Assembly: GCA_965198225.1 (NCBI GenBank)
Contig: CBDAOY010000009.1
Coordinates: 1,120,001 to 1,184,000, forward strand
From: Terriglobia bacterium
Lineage (GTDB): Bacteria; Acidobacteriota; Terriglobia; 20CM-2-55-15
Length of the DNA: 64,000 nt
Direction: 5' to 3'
Below, piece after piece: positions 40,426 through 49,156 of this stretch (positions are counted from its first letter, which is position 1; each line of letters starts with the position of its first letter). The position numbers and the translations under genes are program-made. Under the pieces are notes generated by a model that was not told where the DNA came from, ran no database searches, and saw nothing but the letters and a program-made list of their open reading frames with translations.

Positions 40426-41763
40426 ATGAAAGAAACCGACGGCCTTGCTGCTGCCGGAGAGGAAACTCAGGTCGGCAGCGTCTTCGTATCGAATTACCCC
40501 CCGTTCTCCGTCTGGACGAAGGAGGGCGTGGAGCGTGCGGCCCGGCCCTCGCTCGAGCAACGGCCTGCGTCCGGCGTTCCGCTGGGTCTATACCTGCATA
40601 TTCCGTTCTGCCGAAAACGTTGTCACTTCTGCTATTTCCGCGTCTACACCGACAAGAACGCCGAAGAAGTCGAAAACTACATCGACCTGCTGGTTCGTGA
40701 AATGGAGTTGTACTCCAGGACCCCGGCGATCGCGGGTCGCGACGTCAACTTCGTCTACTTCGGCGGGGGCACCCCTTCGTTTCTCTCGTCGCAGCAGCTC
40801 GAAGGCCTGGTAATGCGGTTGAAGGCGGCGGTACCGTGGGAGGGAGCCGAGGAGATCACGTTCGAGTGCGAGCCCGGCACCTTGACGGAAACGAAACTCG
40901 CTACGATCCGAGACCTGGGTGTCACGCGTCTGAGCCTCGGTATCGAGAACTTTGATGACCACATTCTCGAGATCAACGGACGCGCGCACCGTTCAGCGGA
41001 AATCTTTCGGGCTTACGAACGGGCCCGGAAGCTCGAGTTCTCACAGCTCAACATCGACCTGATCGCCGGCATGCTCGGAGAGACGGACGACAACTGGCGT
41101 GGGGTGATCGAGAAGACGCTCGAACTCGCTCCCGACAGCATCACGATCTACCAGATGGAGCTGCCCTTCAACACGACCATCAGCGGAGATCTCCTCGAGG
41201 GGACCGGTCGGTTCGAAGACGCGCCCGCCGACTGGGCGACCAAGCGCCGGTGGATGGGAGAAGCCTTCGAGGCCTTCGAGCAGGCCGGCTACGAACTCGG
41301 AAGCGCCTACACGGCGGTGAAGGATCCGGCCCGAACGAGCTTCGTCTACCGGGATCGGCTGTGGCAGGGAGCCGACCTGGCCGGTCTGGGAGTCGCCTCG
41401 TTCGGACACATGAACGGTGTCCACATGCAGAACTTCGATCGTTGGGAGACCTACGGCGAAGCGATCCGGGGTGGCACGATCCCCCTCGGGCGCGCCTACC
41501 GCCCCGACGACGAGGAGCGGATGATCCGCGAATTCATCCTGCAGCTCAAGAAAGGTTCCGTCCGACCCTCGTATTTTGCCGGAAAGTACGGCGTGAAGAT
41601 CCTGGAACGGTTTCGAGAACAATTCGACCGTCTCGAAGATGACGGCTTTCTTTCGCGGGCGGATGAAGACGCCGTTGCGCTGACGCGTCAAGGGTTGCTG
41701 AGGGTGGACTCGTTGCTGTCTGGTTTCTTCCTGCCTGAGCACGCCGGGATTCGCTACACGTGA
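40426..41763 (+). CDS. HemN-like (class C) radical SAM enzyme
   Basis: YLHIPFCRKRCHFCY, YFGGGTPS, RLSLG, NIDLIAG; TACTAT 6 nt before the ATG suggests a leaderless start. Confidence 0.9.
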   Translation: MKETDGLAAAGEETQVGSVFVSNYPPFSVWTKEGVERAARPSLEQRPASGVPLGLYLHIPFCRKRCHFCYFRVYTDKNAEEVENYIDLLVREMELYSRTPAIAGRDVNFVYFGGGTPSFLSSQQLEGLVMRLKAAVPWEGAEEITFECEPGTLTETKLATIRDLGVTRLSLGIENFDDHILEINGRAHRSAEIFRAYERARKLEFSQLNIDLIAGMLGETDDNWRGVIEKTLELAPDSITIYQMELPFNTTISGDLLEGTGRFEDAPADWATKRRWMGEAFEAFEQAGYELGSAYTAVKDPARTSFVYRDRLWQGADLAGLGVASFGHMNGVHMQNFDRWETYGEAIRGGTIPLGRAYRPDDEERMIREFILQLKKGSVRPSYFAGKYGVKILERFREQFDRLEDDGFLSRADEDAVALTRQGLLRVDSLLSGFFLPEHAGIRYT

Positions 41764-42185
41764 TCGTGAGTGAACACAGGTTGAAACGTCGCGTGGAGTT
41801 TTCTGAGACCGACCTGGCCGGCTTCGTCCATTTCACCTGCTTCTTCCGCTACATGGAGGAGGCCGAGCACGCCCTCTGGCGCGAGGCGGGTCTCAGCATC
41901 GTCCCGTCCGATCCCGAGATCGGATTTCCACGGCTGGCGACATCCTTCGAATACTTTCGCCCGTTGAGGTTCGAGGACGAATTCGAGATCCGGATGTGCA
42001 TCGTCGAAATCACCGACAAGACGATGCGCTACAGGTGCGTGCTGAGGAAAGACGACGAGAAGGTCGCCGTGGGTGGTCTGACGATGGCCTGCGTCCGGAA
42101 AGCGCCCGACGAGCCGATGAAGATGATCTCGATCCCGGAAGACATCCGGTCGCGATTCGAGGCGGCGCCAGACGTCGATGAGTAG
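41760..42185 (+). CDS. hotdog-fold acyl-CoA/ACP thioesterase (4HBT/YbgC family)
   Basis: RVEFSETDLAGFVHF...Y.EEAE, PLRFED; GTGA coupling to the radical SAM gene. Confidence 0.88.
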   Translation: MIVSEHRLKRRVEFSETDLAGFVHFTCFFRYMEEAEHALWREAGLSIVPSDPEIGFPRLATSFEYFRPLRFEDEFEIRMCIVEITDKTMRYRCVLRKDDEKVAVGGLTMACVRKAPDEPMKMISIPEDIRSRFEAAPDVDE

Positions 42186-42207
42186 AGCTGAAACGTGAAG
42201 GAGCGGA

Positions 42208-43530
42208 ATGGTTGACGGGAAGCAGGAATCGGACACAGCGGACGTCGTAGTCATCGGGGGTGGTCCCGCCGGATCCACTGCGTCGACTCTGATCGCGCAG
42301 CAGGGACATCGGGTCGCACTGTTCGAGCGCGAGCGGTTCCCGCGGTTTCACATCGGGGAGTCGTTGATACCCGAGACCTACTGGGTGTTCGAACGTCTCA
42401 ATATGCTTTCGAAAATGAAGCGGAGTCATTTCGTCAAGAAGCGCAGCGTGCAGTTCTTCAGTGCGAGCGGCAAAGGGTCCAGGCCGTTCTATTTCGCAGA
42501 CAACAAGGATCACCCCAGCTCCCAGACATGGCAGGTCGAACGCAGCCAATTCGATCAGATGATGCTGGATAACGCCCGGGAACACGGCGTTGTTGCCCAC
42601 GAGGGCGTGCGCGTCCTGGACGTGTTGTTCGAGAGTGGTCGTGCGATCGGGGTCACGATCAAGGATGAGGACGGGTCCCTCCGTCAGGTCCGGGCCCGCG
42701 TGGTGGTCGACGCCAGCGGCGAAAACGGTCTCTTGATGAAACGCCTCGGGTTGCGCATCTGGGATCCGGTGCTCAATAAGGGAGCGATCTGGACGTACTA
42801 TGAAGGAGCACACCGCGACGAGGGCCCTAACGAAGGCGCTACCCTCGTCCTGCAGACGGCGAACAAGAACGGCTGGTTCTGGTACATTCCCCTGCACGGC
42901 AACAAGATCAGCGTGGGTGTCGTCGCACCGTTCGATTATCTCTTCAACCGGGATCGCGTCAGCCACGAGCAGACGTTTAACGAAGAAATGGAGCTGTGCC
43001 GCCCCGTCAAGGAGCGTCTATCGGTTGGCCACCGCGTCACCGGACATTACGCCACCAGAGATTTCTCGTATCGCTCGAAGCAGGTTGCGGGAGACGGCTG
43101 GGTGTTGGTGGGCGACGCCTTCGGTTTTCTCGATCCACTGTATTCATCCGGAATCCTGCTTGCGCTGAAGTCCGGGCAACTGGCTGCCGACGCAATCGTC
43201 GAGGGCTTTCGGAAGGGAGATACTTCCGGAGCACAACTGGGCAACTGGGGTCCGGCGTTCAACCGGGGTGTCGATCGGATGCGCCGCCTGGTCTGTGAAT
43301 ACTACGACGGCTTCAGCTTCGGCAACTTCGTCCGCAACTTCCCCGATCTACAAGGTGCGATCACCGACCTGCTGGTCGGCGACCTGTTCGACGACGATGT
43401 CGACCGGGTGTGGGAACCGATGGAATCCTTGTACGAGGCGGGCAAGGCCCGGATCCCGGAATGGGATGAAGGAGATCCGGCCGGACGGGCGAATCACACG
43501 GGCGAGTGGAAGGCGACGAGTGAGAGGTAA
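42208..43530 (+). CDS. flavin-dependent halogenase-like oxidoreductase
   Basis: GGGPAG, FPRFHIGESL, FVKK, VVDASG, GWFWYIP (WxWxIP), GDAFGFLDPLYSSG. Confidence 0.85.
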   Translation: MVDGKQESDTADVVVIGGGPAGSTASTLIAQQGHRVALFERERFPRFHIGESLIPETYWVFERLNMLSKMKRSHFVKKRSVQFFSASGKGSRPFYFADNKDHPSSQTWQVERSQFDQMMLDNAREHGVVAHEGVRVLDVLFESGRAIGVTIKDEDGSLRQVRARVVVDASGENGLLMKRLGLRIWDPVLNKGAIWTYYEGAHRDEGPNEGATLVLQTANKNGWFWYIPLHGNKISVGVVAPFDYLFNRDRVSHEQTFNEEMELCRPVKERLSVGHRVTGHYATRDFSYRSKQVAGDGWVLVGDAFGFLDPLYSSGILLALKSGQLAADAIVEGFRKGDTSGAQLGNWGPAFNRGVDRMRRLVCEYYDGFSFGNFVRNFPDLQGAITDLLVGDLFDDDVDRVWEPMESLYEAGKARIPEWDEGDPAGRANHTGEWKATSER

Positions 43531-43693
43531 GTGTAGGTGCGGTCTATGACCGCACGTCGTTTCGGCACGAAGAATGTGCGGTCATAGACCGCCCCTACAC
43601 CGGCCTGTGGAATCCTCGCTCGTGTGTAGGTGCGCTCTATGAGCGCACGGCGTTCCGGTTCGGAAGATGTGCGGTCATAGACCGCCCCTACAC
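43531..43693. repeat. two GTAG-type REP doublets between convergent genes
   Basis: GTGTAGGTGCGGTCTATGACCGCAC...GTGCGGTCATAGACCGCCCCTACAC at 43531-43600 and a variant at 43624-43693. Confidence 0.9.
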
Positions 43694-43700
43694 CAACGTC

Positions 43701-44945
43701 CTAAGGCCCACGCACGTCGTAGCTGTAGAGCACGGACTGGTCCCGCAGGTACAGCCGGCCGTCGCTCACCACAGGGTGCGCGTAGCTGGGCCAGCCTTGG
43801 TCCGGGATGCTGAACCGGCCTTTCTCGCTGTAGCCTTCCGGGGTAGCTTCGGCCAGCCCGACCACATTGCGTTCGCTGAAGATGTAGAGATTGCCGTCCG
43901 CGTATGTGAGAGAACCCTTGCCGACGCTGCGGTCCCGCCACATTACTTCCCCGGTTTCGAAGTCCATGCAGGTGAGGATGGAATTGTGAAATCCGTAGAG
44001 GTAGCCGTCGATGAGGATGACGCCGCCGTGGTGGTTCTGCATCTGCCGCGTGAAGTAGACTTCCTCGGCTTCCACTTCTCCGCCGCTGGCCGTTAACGCG
44101 AGCAAGCCGCCCCCTGTGCCGTAGGCTGAGGTGTAGAAGACCTTGTTTTCGTGAAAGATCGGCGTCGTGATGTTCGCCGTCCGGTTGGCCGGGCGCTGGT
44201 AGCGCCACATCAGCCTCCCGTCGGAAGCGCGAAGACCGACGCCCGCTCGCGCAGTCAGCGTCATCAGAACCCGAACGCCGCCGACATTGCCGGCGACAAT
44301 CGATGCGTAGCCGGCTGCGTCGCTCAGTTCGTCGCTCGTCCACACGACGTCCCCAGTCACCTTGTTGAGCGCGACGACACCGGCCCCACGGCCTCCAGGT
44401 GTCACGAAGACGTTGTTGCCTTCGACAAGAGGCGATTCGCTGACCAGCCAGGAGATATTGCGTCCGCCGAAGTCCTGGAGGATGTTTCGCTGCCAGATGA
44501 TGGAGCCGTCCGGGGCCCGGAGGCTCGCCAGGTCGCCGCTTTCGGTAAGCACGTAGAGCCGATTGCCGTCGACGGTGGGAGTTCCACGAGGGCCAGGCCC
44601 TTCGCCGTTTCTACGTCCACGCCCGATAGCCGTCGACCACACCAACCTGCCGTCGGCACGGTTCACGCCGGCTACTGCGCTCTGCTGTCCGACCGTCATC
44701 TGGACATAGATGCGGTCCCCCTGTACCGCAAGAGACCCATACCCCGACCCGAGGTTGGACACCATCCATTCCGGTTCCGGTCCCGAAGACGGCCACTCCT
44801 CGAGAAGTCCCGATTCCCTCGACAGCCCGTTTCGCTCCGGTCCTCGCCACTGCGGCCAGTCGTCCCCGGTGGCCAACGAAGCGTCCATTGCGACTAACGC
44901 GCATAGCGTAAACAGCAGGATGGCGAGAGAACGGCGTTTCAACAT
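43701..44945 (-). CDS. exported PQQ-like beta-propeller protein
   Basis: Signal peptide, DWPQWRGPERNG, 'G.vvW' blades, HPVVSDGRLYLRD. Confidence 0.88.
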   Translation of the reverse strand: MLKRRSLAILLFTLCALVAMDASLATGDDWPQWRGPERNGLSRESGLLEEWPSSGPEPEWMVSNLGSGYGSLAVQGDRIYVQMTVGQQSAVAGVNRADGRLVWSTAIGRGRRNGEGPGPRGTPTVDGNRLYVLTESGDLASLRAPDGSIIWQRNILQDFGGRNISWLVSESPLVEGNNVFVTPGGRGAGVVALNKVTGDVVWTSDELSDAAGYASIVAGNVGGVRVLMTLTARAGVGLRASDGRLMWRYQRPANRTANITTPIFHENKVFYTSAYGTGGGLLALTASGGEVEAEEVYFTRQMQNHHGGVILIDGYLYGFHNSILTCMDFETGEVMWRDRSVGKGSLTYADGNLYIFSERNVVGLAEATPEGYSEKGRFSIPDQGWPSYAHPVVSDGRLYLRDQSVLYSYDVRGP

Positions 44946-44973
44946 CGGGATGCTCCATGGATGAAATGCCCGG

Positions 44974-45501
44974 TCATGAACCTGTTCTCGAGATGAGCAG
45001 CGCTCCAAACCCGGGTGTGTATGCCAGCGTCCAGCCTGCGAAGTGGATCAGGTAATCCCAGCCGCTGGGATCGAAGGGAGACCAGATCCCATAGATCAGG
45101 TAGAAGGCCGCCCCTGAGGCCAGAGCGGCGGTCGCACCCCTCGCCAATGCAGTAGGAACGTCCAGGGGCCGGCGCATGAGGAGCTCGTTCAGTCCGCCGA
45201 GAGCGACCCAAACCCCCATCCACACGAGAACCATGACTGAGTAGCCGGCAACGGGGGCCAGCAGATAGAAGCTCGCTGCGGCGAGCCCTCCGATTACTGC
45301 GCCCGACAGTGCGCCGACTCCGGGCCGCTTGCTGAGCGCTCCCAGAAAGAGGCCGATCACGAGAAAGAGGATTGTTCCGTGAATGAGTCCGTAGACCGGC
45401 AGGTGCTGTGGGATCCAGGTCGCCCATATGAAGTCTCCGAGCGTGCTTACCGCGGCAATAGCGAGTGCGCCGCCGATCGATGCTCGAATGCCTGACATCA
45501 T
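44974..45501 (-). CDS. hypothetical polytopic membrane protein
   Basis: About six hydrophobic Gly/Ala-rich helices; coupled to the upstream propeller gene. Confidence 0.7.
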   Translation of the reverse strand: MMSGIRASIGGALAIAAVSTLGDFIWATWIPQHLPVYGLIHGTILFLVIGLFLGALSKRPGVGALSGAVIGGLAAASFYLLAPVAGYSVMVLVWMGVWVALGGLNELLMRRPLDVPTALARGATAALASGAAFYLIYGIWSPFDPSGWDYLIHFAGWTLAYTPGFGALLISRTGS

Positions 45502-46835
45502 TCCTCGGCGATGCTGTACAGGTACCGGTATCCGCGCAGGAGTATCTCGCTATCGACCAACGCCGGCGAGGCGTCGAAGCCGTCGTCCAGTGTGTTGGAC
45601 GCCAGGATCTCGTACTGGTTACCGTGACGGATCACGAGCGTGGTCCCGTCCCGGCCGGGCAGATACACTCGGCCGGCCGCACCCACGGGGGAAGAAAACA
45701 CGTTCGGTACCCCTTCCAGACGCTGCAATGCGAAGTGCGGTTCGCCGGTCTCGGCGTCGAATGCGGAGAGGATTCCCGAATTCGTCTTGAGAAAATAGAG
45801 GATGCCGTCGTAGAGCAGCGGAGACGGCACGTAAGGGGTGTCGCGTGTCAGTTCCCACGCGATCCGGTCCGTGCCCGTGATATCCCCGCTGGCCCCGGCG
45901 AGACGAATAGCCTTCAGGTTGTTGCCACGAAAACCGCTCATGGCGAACACCATGCCGTCGGCCCCCACCGGCGACGGGATCGGGTTCATCGTCAGGCCTT
46001 CGCTTTCCCAGACGATTTCGCCATCCTGGAGGTCGTAGCTCCGCAGCCGGTTCATACCGGGGACTATGACCTGTTCGCGACCGTCGTGCTCGACAACGAG
46101 GGGCGTCGCCCAGGTGTCGATCTCGTCTCTGTCAACGCGCCAGACTTCCTCGCCCGTGTTCTTGTCGAACACCACGACGAACGACTGCCCGCCCAGGTGG
46201 TCCCACACGATAACGATCCGGTCCTCGTAGAGTGCCGGCGTGCTACCCTCCCCGAACTGGTTCCGCATGCCCTTGTCGCCGAGGTCCTTTTTCCAGACGA
46301 GGTTCCCGTCCATGTCGTAGGCGTACAACCCGCGGGACTCGAAGTACGCGTAGACCCGTTGCCCATCGGTCGAAGCGGAATTCGACGCCCACGTTCCGTT
46401 GTCCTGATGCGTGGCCTCGTGTGGCGTATCTTCGGTCGCGGTCCGTTCCCAGACGACCTCGCCGTCGTTCCGGTCGATCGCCATGACCACGAAACGGTGC
46501 GTTTTCCGCGGTCGGAAACCGCCTAGCGGGGTGTGCGACTCCTCCACGGAGGTGTCCGTCGGAACGGCTGTCACCAGGAAGATCCGATCGCCCCAGACCA
46601 CCGGCGAGGCCGATCCACGTCCGGGTATCTCGATCTTCCAGCGAATGTTCTTCGTCTCGCTCCATTCCATCGGCGGGTTTGCGGTTTTCGACACGCCCGT
46701 CGCGTACGGGCCACGCCACTGCGCCCAGAACTTCTCGGCCTCCGGGTCCGTTTCGGCCAGGACCGACGCACCCAGGACGATTCCGATCGCGATGATCGTG
46801 AGACTCAGGGCCGCGATCCTCACTTTTCTCAACAC
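45498..46835 (-). CDS. exported PQQ-like beta-propeller protein
   Basis: Signal peptide, WAQWRGP, GSASPVVWGDRIF, YVPSPLLY, ASPAL. Confidence 0.88.
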   Translation of the reverse strand: MLRKVRIAALSLTIIAIGIVLGASVLAETDPEAEKFWAQWRGPYATGVSKTANPPMEWSETKNIRWKIEIPGRGSASPVVWGDRIFLVTAVPTDTSVEESHTPLGGFRPRKTHRFVVMAIDRNDGEVVWERTATEDTPHEATHQDNGTWASNSASTDGQRVYAYFESRGLYAYDMDGNLVWKKDLGDKGMRNQFGEGSTPALYEDRIVIVWDHLGGQSFVVVFDKNTGEEVWRVDRDEIDTWATPLVVEHDGREQVIVPGMNRLRSYDLQDGEIVWESEGLTMNPIPSPVGADGMVFAMSGFRGNNLKAIRLAGASGDITGTDRIAWELTRDTPYVPSPLLYDGILYFLKTNSGILSAFDAETGEPHFALQRLEGVPNVFSSPVGAAGRVYLPGRDGTTLVIRHGNQYEILASNTLDDGFDASPALVDSEILLRGYRYLYSIAEE

Positions 46836-46928
46836 TCACTTCCTACCGAACGTGATTGGTCCAGTAAGTATAGTCTCGTTCCCGAATCGGCGCTTGGAGA
46901 GAAAGCCGTTGACGTCGGGGTTCGGGCC

Positions 46929-49127
46929 CTAGCGATTTCGGCGGGCAGGGTCCGGTTCTTCTCCGAACCCGTACACGTGGCCCACCGTCCGGATAACAAT
47001 GAGACCGTCGGAAATCGCCGGCGGCGCCATGATGACCCCATCGATCTCGTTGTGCGCGATCTCGAAGTACTCGCGGCCGGCGCGCGCGACGAACACGTCA
47101 CCATCCTCGCTGGCGATGTAGAGCCGTCCGTCCGCCGCTACAGGTGAGGCGGAGAAGGCGCCACCGGTCCCGACGCGTGCGCGGTAGACCCGCTCACCCG
47201 TTTCCGCTTCATACGCCGTAATGATGCCGTTGCTGTTCAGCGTGTAGAACAGGCCTCGGTAGAGGATCGGTGTGGGGATGTATGTTCCCCCGCGATCCGA
47301 GCTCCACGCGATGGCATCGTTGGAGCTGGCGCGCCCGGTAAGGGAGATGTCGCCTGAAGATCCCGGCCGGATCGCGTAAATTGGGCGGACAGGGGGATAC
47401 CCTCCGGTCACGTACGCCAGGCTGGGACCCACGACCGGTGTCGCGACCGTGATCTCCGAGTTTGGAGCCAGCGACCAGCGCAGTCTGCCGGTCTCGGGAT
47501 CGTACCCCCGCACCTTGGTGCCGTTCGTGATCAGCTCATCACCGGATTCTCCCGTCGCGATGGTCGGGGTTCCCCACGTGGGGATTTCGTCATCCCGGCT
47601 CGTCCGCCAGAGTTCTTCCCCCTCCGACAGATCGTATGCCGCCACGAAGGAGTCCTTCTGGCGATCGACCTGGAGGATGACCGAATCCAGGTAGATGATC
47701 GGCGAGCTGCTGTGGCCCCATTGTTCGGTGGCGTCGAAGAACCAGCCGTTGTCGATCAGACCCAGGTCCTTCTTCCAGAGCAACGCACCGTCCATGTCGT
47801 AGGCGGCGAGCACTCCTGTCGTGCCGAAGAGCACGACCACGCGGCGTCCGTCGGTGACCGACGTGGAGCTGGCCTGGCTTCCCTTGGTGTGACGCTTCGT
47901 CCGGGGTATGCCCCGGTGGACTTCTCTTTCCCATCGAACTTCGCCGGTCTGATTGTCCAGTGCATACAGCTTCCATACGTGCTCGGATAGATCGTCGACC
48001 GAGCGGACGTCGCCGTAGAGACCGGTTCGAAACGTGTTGTCGCCGGAGCCGCTGATTGCGGTGGTGACGAACAGCCGGTCGCCCCAAACTACCGGGCTCG
48101 AATTGGCGACACCCGGGACGGGCGTTTTCCACCGGACGTTGTGTTGGGTTGTCACGTCCCATTCGACGACCGCACCCTGTCCATCGGCCACGCCTGAAGC
48201 CCCGGTTCCGCGGAAGGACGCCCACGGCCGGCCCGTCCCTCGCGGGGCGACCGCCAGGTCAGTCTCCGTCGGACTCGAGGTCGGCCCGCCGGTCGGTTCG
48301 GATGTTCCTGCCGACACTTCAGTGGTTCGGGTGTACACGAGCGTCGGATCCTCACCGGAGCGTGCCGGCCGCGTGAGGACCAGTTGGTCAACGTCATCCT
48401 GTTTGTCGAACGCCATACCGATGGCGGGTCTCTGCGGGGCGATGAAGTTCGATGACGAGATCGGAAAAAGTGTAACGATCTGTTCCAGGTTGACCCGGAG
48501 ACGGCCGTCCTCGTAGGTGATGACGATCGTTCCGCCGTTTTCCCGCCGGTAGGTACCGCTCAGCACCTCGAGGTCTGAGGGGGAAAGGGTCACGATCGAA
48601 TTCGCCGCGCCCGGCCTGTCCGACATCGCGGCCTCGAGGACCGATGCCATCTCCGTATTGCCGGAATCGACAACTAGCGCATAACTTGCGGCAACCGTGC
48701 TGTCGGCTACGTCGTCCCGCGCCGCGGCGGCCTCGAGCAGCGAAAGATCCTCTTGGGCGACCGCCAGCGCAAGAGCGTCGCTTGCTCCCGGCGACCCAGC
48801 TTCGATCAGATAGCGGACGATGTCCGTGTTTCCCTCCGCCATGCCGATGGCGGTGAAGCCGTAGAACGTATCTTCGACGGTCAAATCCGCATCCCGATCG
48901 ACGAGGAGTCGAACCATCTCCATGTTGGCGTTGGTTGCCGCGAACAGCAGTGCCGTGGCGTTGTAGCGCGTTTTGGCGTTGACGTTGGCTCCCCGCTCGA
49001 GCGCCCTCCGGACCTCCGGCAGGTCGTTCTGCTGGGCGGCATCGAGCAGGGCCTCGTCCGGGCTTGCCTGCACTCCGGCGAGCAGCAGCACGAGGGCCAG
49101 GGTCGGGAGCGACAGAGGTGCTGTCAT
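46929..49127 (-). CDS. exported ankyrin-repeat + DUF3471-like + PQQ-like beta-propeller protein
   Basis: SD AAGGAG and signal peptide; GANVNAKTRYNATALLFAA ankyrin repeats; 'LSPSDLEVLSGTY' domain; PWASFRG propeller. Confidence 0.82.
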   Translation of the reverse strand: MTAPLSLPTLALVLLLAGVQASPDEALLDAAQQNDLPEVRRALERGANVNAKTRYNATALLFAATNANMEMVRLLVDRDADLTVEDTFYGFTAIGMAEGNTDIVRYLIEAGSPGASDALALAVAQEDLSLLEAAAARDDVADSTVAASYALVVDSGNTEMASVLEAAMSDRPGAANSIVTLSPSDLEVLSGTYRRENGGTIVITYEDGRLRVNLEQIVTLFPISSSNFIAPQRPAIGMAFDKQDDVDQLVLTRPARSGEDPTLVYTRTTEVSAGTSEPTGGPTSSPTETDLAVAPRGTGRPWASFRGTGASGVADGQGAVVEWDVTTQHNVRWKTPVPGVANSSPVVWGDRLFVTTAISGSGDNTFRTGLYGDVRSVDDLSEHVWKLYALDNQTGEVRWEREVHRGIPRTKRHTKGSQASSTSVTDGRRVVVLFGTTGVLAAYDMDGALLWKKDLGLIDNGWFFDATEQWGHSSSPIIYLDSVILQVDRQKDSFVAAYDLSEGEELWRTSRDDEIPTWGTPTIATGESGDELITNGTKVRGYDPETGRLRWSLAPNSEITVATPVVGPSLAYVTGGYPPVRPIYAIRPGSSGDISLTGRASSNDAIAWSSDRGGTYIPTPILYRGLFYTLNSNGIITAYEAETGERVYRARVGTGGAFSASPVAADGRLYIASEDGDVFVARAGREYFEIAHNEIDGVIMAPPAISDGLIVIRTVGHVYGFGEEPDPARRNR

Positions 49128-49156
49128 TGGGGCTCCTTCACGAGGGAAGTCCGACT

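Noticed and set aside
40426-41763. Calling the radical SAM gene hemN or hemW
   Set aside because: Family motifs only; coupling to a thioesterase and a halogenase-like gene and a distinct N-terminus make a heme role doubtful
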